A DNA stretch of 64,000 nt, taken from positions 31,212 through 95,211 of the forward strand of contig JBMNRV010000001.1 in NCBI GenBank assembly GCA_050944835.1. Direction: 5' to 3'. The translations under genes were made by a program, and so were the position numbers. Origin of the DNA: Kiritimatiellia bacterium. Its GTDB lineage: Bacteria > Verrucomicrobiota > Kiritimatiellia > JAAZAB01. Of this stretch, positions 1 through 9,440 are shown in pieces; position 1 is the stretch's first letter; each line of letters starts with the position of its first letter. The notes beneath the pieces are model-generated. The model was not told where the DNA came from, did not search any database, and saw only the letters and a list, made by a program, of their open reading frames with translations.

Positions 1-1317
1 CTCGTCTATGGCATGGGGGAACGCGCGCTGGCTGCGGTGATGCAACGTCTGGCGGCCGGGCAAGACTACCGCGGGGTGGCTGGTACAGCTGCGATTTTTA
101 ATCAAAAGCCGACTCTGCCGCCGGACGCTGCTATTGAGTTGCCGTCATTTGAGGAAATCAGCTGCGCGGATGATGCCGGGCGCCGCCGGTTTATGGAAAT
201 GGCGCGTTTGATAGAAGCCCGGCATTTGCCGCCTGCCGTCGCCGGCGCAGCCTGTATCGGTGCGGCCGATGTCCAAGCGGAGAGTCCGGGCTGCCCGCAT
301 TCGCATGCGCCTGTACTCTTGCAAGCCTGCGGTACGCGTTGGCTGGCGGTGTACCCACCGGCGGCGCCGTTGACAACGGCGGAAATGGATCAACTCTATT
401 CCCTGCCGTTCACCCGCCGGCCACATCCACATTATCACGGGCAGCGTATCCCGGCGTTTGACATGATCAAAAACTCCGTGACGATCCATCGCGGATGCTA
501 TGGCGCCTGCCGTTTTTGCGCATTGCGCGTGCATCAGGGCGCGAATATCAGCTCGCGTTCGATTTCCAGCATTTCATCGGAAATACAACGGATGGCCGCC
601 AGTCCGGGATTTGATGGCGTTATTACAGATATGGGCGGGCCGTCTGTAAACATGTTCGGTTCCACCTGTGCCTTAGGCGCCCCTTGCCGAAAGCCGGCTG
701 GTTCCTGTGTGTATCCAACTATATGCCGCAACCTACGGGTCAATCATCCGGCGTTGATAAAGTTATTGCGCATCGCACGGGCTGTTCCCGGAGTCAGGCA
801 CGTATTTATTGCCGGTGGTGTCCGGTGTGATTTGGCGTTGTTGCCGGGCGGAAAGGAATGGTTGCGCGAGTTGGTGGAGCACGGGCATGTGGGAGGGCGT
901 CTGAAAATTGCGCCGGAACATATAGTGGATAGCGTTTTGGATTGTATGGGTAAACCGCCGCTGGAGGTTTACCAGCGTTTTGTCGCTTTATTCAAGGAAC
1001 AAGCGCGTGCAGTTGGTGCACGCGTCGGTCTGACCGAGTATTTCATCAGTGGCCACCCCGGTTGTACAGTTGATGACATGCGGAAGTTGGTCGCATATCT
1101 TAAGGCAGCCGGGCTGCGGCCTGAGCAAGTGCAGGATTATTATCCCGCGCCGATGACTATGAGCGCCGCCATGTTTTATACCGGCTTGGACCCGGCAACG
1201 ATGCAGCCTATACACATACCACGTTCCGACCGTGAAAAGGCGCAACAGCGCGCATTGCTGTTGGGACGGTTTACGCAAGGGCAAGGACGCCGGAAACGCT
1301 CCGCATTGCCGCCTTGA
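1..1317 (+). CDS. YgiQ-family radical SAM protein; the 5' end runs off the window
   Basis: ORF 13..1317 has no in-frame stop upstream back to base 1. It has a CX3CX2C cluster in HRGCYGACRFCAL and overall resembles UPF0313/YgiQ radical SAM proteins. Confidence 0.75.
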   Translation, partial: LVYGMGERALAAVMQRLAAGQDYRGVAGTAAIFNQKPTLPPDAAIELPSFEEISCADDAGRRRFMEMARLIEARHLPPAVAGAACIGAADVQAESPGCPHSHAPVLLQACGTRWLAVYPPAAPLTTAEMDQLYSLPFTRRPHPHYHGQRIPAFDMIKNSVTIHRGCYGACRFCALRVHQGANISSRSISSISSEIQRMAASPGFDGVITDMGGPSVNMFGSTCALGAPCRKPAGSCVYPTICRNLRVNHPALIKLLRIARAVPGVRHVFIAGGVRCDLALLPGGKEWLRELVEHGHVGGRLKIAPEHIVDSVLDCMGKPPLEVYQRFVALFKEQARAVGARVGLTEYFISGHPGCTVDDMRKLVAYLKAAGLRPEQVQDYYPAPMTMSAAMFYTGLDPATMQPIHIPRSDREKAQQRALLLGRFTQGQGRRKRSALPP

Positions 1318-1343
1318 TGATTAGCAGAGTCTGGATGCAGGAT

Positions 1344-2336
1344 TCAAGGTGATTGGGTGGCGTCTATCGGGAACGCTACTGCTCCGTATCCCACCACCCA
1401 TTGTCCACGGCTTTCAGGATGATCGTCGCCGCTGTTACGGTAATGCAGTATCATCCCACGCTTGCATCCCTGTTGCGCGGCAAATTCCATTGCTACAGCC
1501 ACAGCGGCAATACCGCAGAAGACTTGGTGCGACGGTTGCCAGGTCTTTAGTACTGTTGAGGTTTGCATGGCTGCCACCTTTTCCAACGTGCTGCGGTCAG
1601 TGCGGGTCACTTTGTCGTAATCCGCGTCATGCAACATGTCGGAGCTTGCCAAGACGGTGATAGTTTTGTCTTTGGCCAGACGCGTCAAGGCGCTGATCAA
1701 CGCGTTACGCGTTTCAGGATCGTGGTCGCCTATGATGATCGGCAGCAGTTTGGCGTCGGGCAGTGTGGCTTGGACGAATGGGATCAGGTTTTCCGCCGAG
1801 TGCTCGCCTTGGTGTGGGCGGCTATCGAAGAAAATCCGTTGTTTATCTCTGGACTCGGCTAGAGTTTGTGCGGCTGCACGATCCAGTGCGGTGACGCCCA
1901 GCGGTGTGGTAATGGCGTCGCCATCCATTATGGCCGCGCCCCGGAATGCCTGCCTGTGGCTGAATCCAAGGATGACGACCGTTTCAGGGGCCGAGCCGGC
2001 GCGTGCCTGATCGCGCAGTGCGCGGAAAACGTGAGCGGCGACCGGACCGGAATATATGTAACCCGCATGTGGGGCTATAGCGGCGATGATACGTCCTGTG
2101 ACTGCCGGTGGCGATGCGCTTTCGATGTCTTTTTCCAGCATAGTCCGCAGAGCGCGTGGGTCGGCAGGAAACCATCGGCCGGCGCCATAGGCCTGGTTGA
2201 CATTCTTAAATACCTTGTTTGTCATGGCGGCTGCTCCCTTAGTCGGCGGGCAGGCGCCGAGCGCCATTATTATGGCCGCCGCAATTGTTAATAAACAGTG
2301 AGCTCTATCATGCATGGTGTGATCGCGAAGCATCAA
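1344..2336 (-). CDS. MEMO1 / AmmeMemoRadiSam system protein B family protein
   Basis: AIAPHAGYIYSG and HSAEN motifs are typical of Memo-like proteins. The longest ORF has a signal/lipobox-like N-terminus (ALGAC), but an internal start at 2225 (MTNKVF) is equally possible. Confidence 0.7.
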   Translation of the reverse strand: MMLRDHTMHDRAHCLLTIAAAIIMALGACPPTKGAAAMTNKVFKNVNQAYGAGRWFPADPRALRTMLEKDIESASPPAVTGRIIAAIAPHAGYIYSGPVAAHVFRALRDQARAGSAPETVVILGFSHRQAFRGAAIMDGDAITTPLGVTALDRAAAQTLAESRDKQRIFFDSRPHQGEHSAENLIPFVQATLPDAKLLPIIIGDHDPETRNALISALTRLAKDKTITVLASSDMLHDADYDKVTRTDRSTLEKVAAMQTSTVLKTWQPSHQVFCGIAAVAVAMEFAAQQGCKRGMILHYRNSGDDHPESRGQWVVGYGAVAFPIDATQSP

Positions 2337-3189
2337 TCATAATGGTCAATGACATTTCTGCACGATTGCCGACTGGTTTCCACGGATCAGTGGAGGAGAG
2401 CGGTTCGATACAGACCCACCCATCCGGGCCTGGATGAAACACTATGCAGGATTTTACGCCTGATTCAGGTGTAATCTTGAGCGTGTGAGTGAGCGTCTCC
2501 AACTCGATCGGTCCGGGCTGCAATGGGAAGATATGATCCAGATTGCGATCCAGCGATAGATTCAGATGTTGACCGGCATTGTCCATCCATTCCGGCGGAA
2601 TCGGTGAGGTTTGTCCGGCGGCCTGCATGACACCGGTTACCGGCGCCCGCACGCGGCCTTGATCGTTCGGCAGGGCGTAGTAATAATGCAATCCAATCAC
2701 CGGCGGAAAATCAGCTTCGGCGGTGTAATGCAGATGGAAGGCATTACCGGCAAGCCGCATTTCCAGGTTTAACTCGAAATTGCAGCCCTGGGCTGCGCTT
2801 AACGGCATACCGAACATTTCAGTGTCACTGCTAAGTTTGGCGCGGATGTTGTTGGAAGAAGCTGTATATTTCCATGGCGCGTAGCGGGCTATGCCATGTT
2901 GCAAGGGATCACGTACGCCCATTTTAGCCAACACATCCGTTTGGGGCCAGCGTGACATATTGGCTAATATTGCTTCCGACAATTGCTTGCGTTGGTTGAA
3001 ATGTGGGCCGATCAGCGGCCCATATCCTTTGCGGCAGGCGGCAAACTGTGCCGCACGGCTTTGACAGATACTTTCAACATTTCTCATGCGCAGGCTGCGC
3101 AAAGTCATGCCGGCCTCGGGCAGCGCTTCGGCGCGCAGCATTCCGCCGGCGTCAGCCAATACCACAGCGTTATGCGAAGTTTGATTCAT
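2308..3189 (-). CDS. aldose 1-epimerase family protein
   Basis: GPHFN, HGIARYAPW, LHYYY and CIEP motifs resemble the mutarotase fold family. I chose the ATG at 3189 because the upstream 43 codons of the 336-aa ORF lie in a duplicated non-coding promoter region (also at 42924-42958). Confidence 0.6.
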   Translation of the reverse strand: MNQTSHNAVVLADAGGMLRAEALPEAGMTLRSLRMRNVESICQSRAAQFAACRKGYGPLIGPHFNQRKQLSEAILANMSRWPQTDVLAKMGVRDPLQHGIARYAPWKYTASSNNIRAKLSSDTEMFGMPLSAAQGCNFELNLEMRLAGNAFHLHYTAEADFPPVIGLHYYYALPNDQGRVRAPVTGVMQAAGQTSPIPPEWMDNAGQHLNLSLDRNLDHIFPLQPGPIELETLTHTLKITPESGVKSCIVFHPGPDGWVCIEPLSSTDPWKPVGNRAEMSLTIMIDASRSHHA

Positions 3190-3385
3190 ACCGATATGTA
3201 TATCAAAAATACAAGCTGCGGGCAATAGAACAAGTTGTTTTTGTCGTGACTCTTTAATAATGCTCACTTGGAGGACTTTGCTGTATTGACTTAAACGACT
3301 TTTTGCGCTAGTACTCAATGTCGTTTTTGGGGTTAATGCCTTACATCCCGATCACATGCGTTCACATATAATAAGGGAGCTCAAT

Positions 3386-4030
3386 ATGCCGACGAAAATC
3401 AAATCGAAACAAACTGTTCTGTTCGCAGGCGATAGTATTACCGATAGCGGGCGACGTAATAGTAATAACTTCCCGTTAGGCAATGGCTATGTCCGGATTT
3501 TCCGCGATTTAATGGCAATCCGTGAACCGGAAAAACAGGTGACAATCCTAAACAAAGGCATCGGCGGCAATACTGTAGTGAGTTTGTCCGAGCGCTGGAC
3601 AGACGATGTCTTGCGCATGCGCCCCGACTGGTTATCCATTATGATCGGCATTAACGATTTGTACAGCTACATGCTTAAACACGAAACGGCCGTTACTCCT
3701 GAAATCTACGAGCAGAAGTACCGCGAGATACTGGATCGCACCCGTAAAACCCTGCCGAAATGTCAAATTATACTGATTGAGCCTTTTTACATCAGCTTGG
3801 AGACTTTGCCCAATAGCCTCCGGCACGACGCGCTGCAATTACTGCCGGCATATCTGGCGGTGGTGCATAAACTAAGTCGGCAGTACAAGACCCGCCTGGT
3901 GCGGGTGCACCAGATGTTTCAGAAAATTATTCGGACACAACCGGCAGACATGTTCTGCCCGGAACCGGTCCACCCCAACCCCACCGGGCACCTGGCGCTG
4001 GCGGAGGCGGTTTATGCCGGTTTTTGTTGA
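3386..4030 (+). CDS. SGNH/GDSL hydrolase (paralog A)
   Basis: FAGDSIT, GIGGNT, GINDL and VHPNPTGH blocks are present. AAGGGAG lies upstream of the ATG at 3386. The protein is about 85 percent identical by eye to the ORF at 42223..42864. Confidence 0.8.
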   Translation: MPTKIKSKQTVLFAGDSITDSGRRNSNNFPLGNGYVRIFRDLMAIREPEKQVTILNKGIGGNTVVSLSERWTDDVLRMRPDWLSIMIGINDLYSYMLKHETAVTPEIYEQKYREILDRTRKTLPKCQIILIEPFYISLETLPNSLRHDALQLLPAYLAVVHKLSRQYKTRLVRVHQMFQKIIRTQPADMFCPEPVHPNPTGHLALAEAVYAGFC

Positions 4031-4187
4031 TGTGTCATAGGACGCCTGGATTGTTGATAAGTTGCAAAATGCTGTTTTTACTATGGATGGGAGTCAACAT
4101 TGCAACCAGTCTGCGTTTCCTGACCAAGCACATGCATGACATACCTGTGTCCGGGCGGCACGGTTTTTATGTGCGCTAGTCTATTGA

Positions 4188-5378
4188 TCATACGGTATCG
4201 CCACAAAAAACACCGAGGAGGCGCGCAGTTGTGATCCAGGGATGGTCTTCCGGCACGGTACGGACGTGCCCGGCTACATCCTTGAGTGGCACAGCGATGC
4301 AATCTTCACCACGCACTGCGACCATGACATCGTACTGGCGGGCGGCTATTAATTCGCCGGCCTTCGCACCTAGTCGAGAGCAAAGCAGCCGGTCGGCTGG
4401 GGTAGGGGTTCCGCCACGCTGGACGTGGCCGAGCTGGGTCATGCGCGCTTCTATACCGGTAAGCTGCTGGAGCTCGCGGACGATGCGGCTGACCTTGGGT
4501 TCGCGTATCATCAGGGTCTTCTGTGGAAACTTCGTGGGATCGTCGGAAGCTTCGTTGCCGGACTTATTGTTGCCGTTCTGCTTGCCGTTTTTCTTCTGCG
4601 GTTTAGCATCGTCATCATCATCCTCTGGCTTCTCACCGACGGCAAGGGCGCCTTCGGCTATGGCGATAATGGAAAAACGCTTGCCGCGATGGCGGCGGGC
4701 GTTAAGGTAATCGGCTATATCGTGAACATCATACTTGATTTCCGGGATCAGTATTACGTCAGCGCCGCCCGCGATGCCGGCGCCAAGCGCTAGCCATCCG
4801 GTGGAGTGCCCCATGATTTCGACGGCGATGAGGCGATGATGGCTGCTGGCTGTCGTGTGGAGACGGTCAATCGCCTCGGTTGCAATGCATTTTGCGGTGT
4901 CGTAGCCGAAACAGGTGTCGGTCAGAACAACGTCGTTATCAATCGTCTTTGGCAGTGTAATGACGTTGAGGCCCTTTTGCGAGAGGCGGTAGGCATTTTT
5001 CTGCGTGCCGTTGCCTCCGAGGCATACGACGCAGTCGAGGTTAAGCCTTTGAGCGTTGGCGACGGCGACGTCAGTCATATCCATGGTGGCGCCGCCCATG
5101 TTCATCTTATGCGGCTTATCGCGGTTCGATCCGAGAATTGTGCCGCCTAATGTGATGATGCCGCTCACGGTGCGGTCATCGAGGTGGATATAGCGGTTTT
5201 CCACGAGGCCGCGGAAGCCGTCGAGGAAGCCGATAACTTGGATACCGTAGTGCATGGCCGATTTGGCCACTGCGCGTATGGCGGCGTTAAGGCCTGGGCA
5301 GTCGCCGCCGGCGGTCAATATGCCGATGCTGCGCGGCGCCGTTTTCCCGTTTTTTCTTTTGTTATTAATGTTGCTCAA
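4188..5378 (-). CDS. pfkA: 6-phosphofructokinase (PfkA family) with a charged low-complexity insertion
   Basis: IGILTAGGDCPGLNAAIRAV and CLGGNGT motifs are present. The TTG start overlaps the ppk1 stop (TTGA). The insertion reads EDDDDDAKPQKKNGKQNGNNKSGNEASDD. Confidence 0.85.
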   Translation of the reverse strand: MSNINNKRKNGKTAPRSIGILTAGGDCPGLNAAIRAVAKSAMHYGIQVIGFLDGFRGLVENRYIHLDDRTVSGIITLGGTILGSNRDKPHKMNMGGATMDMTDVAVANAQRLNLDCVVCLGGNGTQKNAYRLSQKGLNVITLPKTIDNDVVLTDTCFGYDTAKCIATEAIDRLHTTASSHHRLIAVEIMGHSTGWLALGAGIAGGADVILIPEIKYDVHDIADYLNARRHRGKRFSIIAIAEGALAVGEKPEDDDDDAKPQKKNGKQNGNNKSGNEASDDPTKFPQKTLMIREPKVSRIVRELQQLTGIEARMTQLGHVQRGGTPTPADRLLCSRLGAKAGELIAARQYDVMVAVRGEDCIAVPLKDVAGHVRTVPEDHPWITTARLLGVFCGDTV

Positions 5379-7525
5379 GGTTTTGTGTCCGTTTGTTGGT
5401 TGTGTTTCCGCTGGTATGGTTCAAGCATTGTTGGTTTCGTCTGTTCCAGAAGGCGCGCGGCGGCTTTAGCCCGCTTGTAAAGCTCCTCCTGAGCCCTGAC
5501 AGGCTGCTCCTTGCCGTGGGCAACGACGAGGCGGTATTCCCCGTTCGGACCAAGTGTACGCGCTTTCACGCGATCAGTAAAGTAAACATCAAGGGTGGCG
5601 AGAAGTTTTTTACGTGGTCCGGGCGCTAGCACGGGGATCATGAGTTCGACGCGTCTGTCAAGGTTCCGCTTCATCATATCGGCGCTTGAGATGTAAAGGT
5701 CGTCCAGCCCGCCGTTGCGGAAGTGGAAGATACGGGCGTGCTCAAGGTAATAATCTACTATGCTCACGACGGTGATGTTTTCGCTCATGCCGGGAACGCC
5801 TGGCTTGAGGCAACAGATGCCGCGCACATTTAGCCTGATTTTCACGCCGGCCCTGGAGGCGTCATAAAGGGCGGCGATAATGCCTTCATCACTGAGGGAG
5901 TTCATCTTCATTGTGATTTCGGCCTTTTCACTGTTGCGCGCGCGCTCGGTCTCGTTGGTTATGAGTTTGAGTATGGCGGAGCGGATGGTGAAGGGCGACA
6001 TCTCAAGACGACGCAGCGATTGCGGATGAGAATAGCCGGTGATGGCGTTGAAGACGTCGGAGGCGTCGGCTCCAAAGTCGTTGCGACAAGTAAAGAAGCC
6101 GACGTCGCTGTATAGCGCGGCTGTCTTTTCGTTGTAATTGCCGGTGCCGAAATGTACGTAGCGCACAATGCCCTGCCGCTCGCGTCGGACAACGAGGCAG
6201 ATCTTCGCGTGCGTCTTGAGTGAACGCACGCCATAAACGACGTGCACACCAGCGAGTTCGAGCCTGCGGGCCTGCGAAATATTGCGCGCCTCGTCGAAGC
6301 GCGCCTTCAGTTCAATGAGAACGGTGACGTATTTGCCGACCTGTGCAGCGCGTATGAGCGCCTCGACGATTGCGCTCTGTGAGGCCGTGCGGTACAGCAC
6401 CTGCTTGATGGCCAGCACTTGTGGGTCGTCGGCGGCGTCGTTGATGAACTTCACAACGGGGTCAAATGATTCGTAGGGATGCACAAGCAATATATCGTCT
6501 CGCGCTATCTGTGTGAATATACACTCCTTTATATCAACATCGGGAGAAGGGAGCGGCGTCCATTGTTCGGGGCGCAGACATTCAAAACCGTCGGTTTGGA
6601 CGATTGCCATCAGGCTACGCAGCTCCAATGGGCCATCCACAAAATAGACGTCCGCCTGATCGAGATTGAGTTGGCGTGTCATCGCGCTCATCAGCGCGCG
6701 TGAGGCGCAGCGGTGTATTTCCAGGCGTATGCATTCCGTCTCAAGGCGGTCGTCAAGCAGGGCCTGCATCCCAACGAGCAAATCGGAAGACAAATCCTCC
6801 CGCAGTTCAATATCGGCGTTGCGCGTGACCCGGAACGGCACACATTCGCGAACGGACTGGCCTTCCAGGATTGTGCCGATTTGCCATGCCACAATTTGTT
6901 CAATCGGCATAAAGACGGCCCGGCCCACAGTGTCTGGAATTCTGATGAAGCGCGGAAGTTTCGGCCCCAGCGGGATAAATACCAGGCGTGGGTCTTCGCC
7001 TGGCGCAGCGGGGTCGAGCAAAGCCGCGCAGTGCAGCAGCAGCCCAGCCGGGCGGAAGGGGCGATCATCGTCTACCCCGACAGGAGAGATGAGCGGAAAA
7101 ATGTTGTCAATGAACTCACGCTCAAGCCATTTGCGCTGTTCGTCGGAGAGGGCATCAACACTTTCCAGCAGGACGAATCCGTGCTCGGAGAGCTCCTTCG
7201 AGAGGGATGCAAGCAGGTCGTACTGGTCTGTTACCATCTTGCGCATGCGGCTTGTGACAGCGATGAGCTGTTGACGCGGCGTCATGCCGGAGGGGTCGGT
7301 TCGGCGGATTTTGGCCGCGACCAGCATTTTGAGTCCGCCGACGCGTACCATGCAGAATTCGTCCAGATTCGAGGCGGTGATGGATAGAAACTTCAGGCGT
7401 TCGAGGAGCGGCACCTCCGGATTGGATGCTTCGAGGAGCACGCGCTGGTTGAACTCAAGCCAGCTAAGCTCCCTGTTCAGAAATTCATTGGCGGCGTGTG
7501 TGGATGTGTTTTTTTTCTTTTTCAT
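5375..7525 (-). CDS. ppk1: polyphosphate kinase 1
   Basis: 716 aa with full-length resemblance to PPK1, including the phosphohistidine region LKTHAKICLVVRRE. Confidence 0.9.
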   Translation of the reverse strand: MKKKKNTSTHAANEFLNRELSWLEFNQRVLLEASNPEVPLLERLKFLSITASNLDEFCMVRVGGLKMLVAAKIRRTDPSGMTPRQQLIAVTSRMRKMVTDQYDLLASLSKELSEHGFVLLESVDALSDEQRKWLEREFIDNIFPLISPVGVDDDRPFRPAGLLLHCAALLDPAAPGEDPRLVFIPLGPKLPRFIRIPDTVGRAVFMPIEQIVAWQIGTILEGQSVRECVPFRVTRNADIELREDLSSDLLVGMQALLDDRLETECIRLEIHRCASRALMSAMTRQLNLDQADVYFVDGPLELRSLMAIVQTDGFECLRPEQWTPLPSPDVDIKECIFTQIARDDILLVHPYESFDPVVKFINDAADDPQVLAIKQVLYRTASQSAIVEALIRAAQVGKYVTVLIELKARFDEARNISQARRLELAGVHVVYGVRSLKTHAKICLVVRRERQGIVRYVHFGTGNYNEKTAALYSDVGFFTCRNDFGADASDVFNAITGYSHPQSLRRLEMSPFTIRSAILKLITNETERARNSEKAEITMKMNSLSDEGIIAALYDASRAGVKIRLNVRGICCLKPGVPGMSENITVVSIVDYYLEHARIFHFRNGGLDDLYISSADMMKRNLDRRVELMIPVLAPGPRKKLLATLDVYFTDRVKARTLGPNGEYRLVVAHGKEQPVRAQEELYKRAKAAARLLEQTKPTMLEPYQRKHNQQTDTKP

Positions 7526-7597
7526 TCTCCGTTACAATTCCTTCCTGAATTGCAAATGCCGTTTTCAAGGTTTCATCATCAAATGGCGTTGTTGTGG

Positions 7598-9220
7598 CTA
7601 TTCGGGGTCGTAGATCTGACAATGACGTCCGTACATCAACTCAAAGAGATCCCCTTTCTCTGCCAGGGCCACCTGTTCTGCGCTGATAGCTACACGGCGT
7701 GCCGGTATGCAGATGAGCGACGTCTCATTGAGTTCTAACCTGATTTTACCGAGGCTCCGATCGTACACCCGGGCGAGGGTGTCGGCGACGCGCAGGATGG
7801 CGGCGAGTTTGCTGACGACGAGCCGGTCCGCATGTGAGAGCGCGGTGTATTCCGGATGGCGGGTCTTCGGTATGGTTTTGCGATGGTACCGCGCGATCAC
7901 TGCGATGAGTTCTATTTCCTCTGAGGAGAGGCCGGCGAACTCGGTGTTACGGATAAGATACATCGAGTGGATGTTATGGGAATGTGCGCTTACGAATGCC
8001 CCTATGTCGTGCAGGAGCGCGGCTACCTCAAGGAACAAGCGATGGCGTTGTGTGCAGCCGTGTTCCTCCTGTAGCAGGTCGAAAAGCTGAAGCGAGAGTT
8101 TCGCCACCTGTTCGGCGTGGGCGTCGTCGTGCTGATATTTCCGCCCCGTGGCTCTGGCGATACGCAGCACGTGTTTGCGCATCGTGTCGGTCCATAGTGT
8201 GCCGTCCACGGCCTCCTCAAGCACCCCGTGGCAGAAGGAGAGGCTGCTGATACACACCGATTTGAGCGGCACAGCGCGCGCCACGGATATAGCGATGCTC
8301 AATGCCGGCGCAATCAGCTCAGCGTCTGAGTATGACACGCGCCAGTTGCGTACGATTTCTTCTGTGGACGCCGTCTCAATTTGCTTGAGCAGCCCTTCAA
8401 GCTCGTCCACAGGGACGGTAATCATGCCGGTCGCTGGGTCGAGTTCGGTGGATCTGTTCCTGTCTGGCCGCAGGCGCGCGCCAGCAAAGCGCATTTCACG
8501 GCCCATAAGGAATAGTTTGACGGCTTTTACGTCATCCACATTCTTGCACAGTTGCTCGGAGATTTTGTTCGTGCGTCCGTTTGCGAGCGCGATAAGCTGT
8601 CGCGGCCGGAAGTCGCCCTTTTCCATCTGCTGGCGCATCTGCAGCGAGCCCACACTGTATGTCTGCACGAAGCGGATTTCGCCGTCTTTGCGGCACAACA
8701 TGCTGCATGTCAGTCCGCCAACCTCAAGCACCACGACCTCTCCCTTTTCGTGGCTGCCTCCGCCACTGTAAAGTGAGCGGAACGCAAGGTGGTAGTAGTA
8801 GCAAATCTGGCCCTGATCGAGCAGACGGAAGGCAATGCGCGAGATATTCGCCAGCCTGTCGAGAAAAACCGCGCTGTTGTCGGCCAAGCGTAGCGTCGCC
8901 GTAGCCACGGCGATTACTGACTCTGGCGGGATGCCATACTCGCCGAGAAGCTTGTGGAAGGATTTGAGGATTTGCACACATTGCTCCACAGTCGTTTTCA
9001 ATATCATGTTCGATGTGACAATGTCGCGCCCGATGGGCACCGACTGCACAGCCTTCTCAAGGATATACGTTTCGTTGGCGCCGCGTTTTTCAGCAATCAA
9101 CATCCGAATAAACGTTGCGCCGATATCAATGACAGCGATCATGGTTGCAGATGTCTGTCCTTCCGTTGTGCTGCTGCTTTTTTTCATTGTATTAGCCAAT
9201 TGACGACGGATGATAAACAA
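7598..9220 (-). CDS. ppx: Ppx/GppA-family exopolyphosphatase with C-terminal HD domain
   Basis: Has an actin-like N-terminus (VIDIGATFIRMLIAE) and an HD region (LLHDIGAFVS). The start is uncertain; MKK at codon 12 or MIAV at codon 27 are also possible. Confidence 0.8.
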   Translation of the reverse strand: MFIIRRQLANTMKKSSSTTEGQTSATMIAVIDIGATFIRMLIAEKRGANETYILEKAVQSVPIGRDIVTSNMILKTTVEQCVQILKSFHKLLGEYGIPPESVIAVATATLRLADNSAVFLDRLANISRIAFRLLDQGQICYYYHLAFRSLYSGGGSHEKGEVVVLEVGGLTCSMLCRKDGEIRFVQTYSVGSLQMRQQMEKGDFRPRQLIALANGRTNKISEQLCKNVDDVKAVKLFLMGREMRFAGARLRPDRNRSTELDPATGMITVPVDELEGLLKQIETASTEEIVRNWRVSYSDAELIAPALSIAISVARAVPLKSVCISSLSFCHGVLEEAVDGTLWTDTMRKHVLRIARATGRKYQHDDAHAEQVAKLSLQLFDLLQEEHGCTQRHRLFLEVAALLHDIGAFVSAHSHNIHSMYLIRNTEFAGLSSEEIELIAVIARYHRKTIPKTRHPEYTALSHADRLVVSKLAAILRVADTLARVYDRSLGKIRLELNETSLICIPARRVAISAEQVALAEKGDLFELMYGRHCQIYDPE

Positions 9221-9440
9221 TTATCACTCTGTTTTGGGGGTAAAATATTATTCGATCGTCAGGATAAAGTTAGGAAATGATAAGATTCTTGTGTCGGTGT
9301 TCAGCCGAACGCTTTCCATTTGCCATATCGAATGTCTTTGTGTAGTCTTGGAAACCATATATGGCGGTGTTGGTTCCATGTGCGCCATATCGGATTATGG
9401 ATTGAACGACTAAAAGCCGGATTAGAGTGGGGGGAGTATA

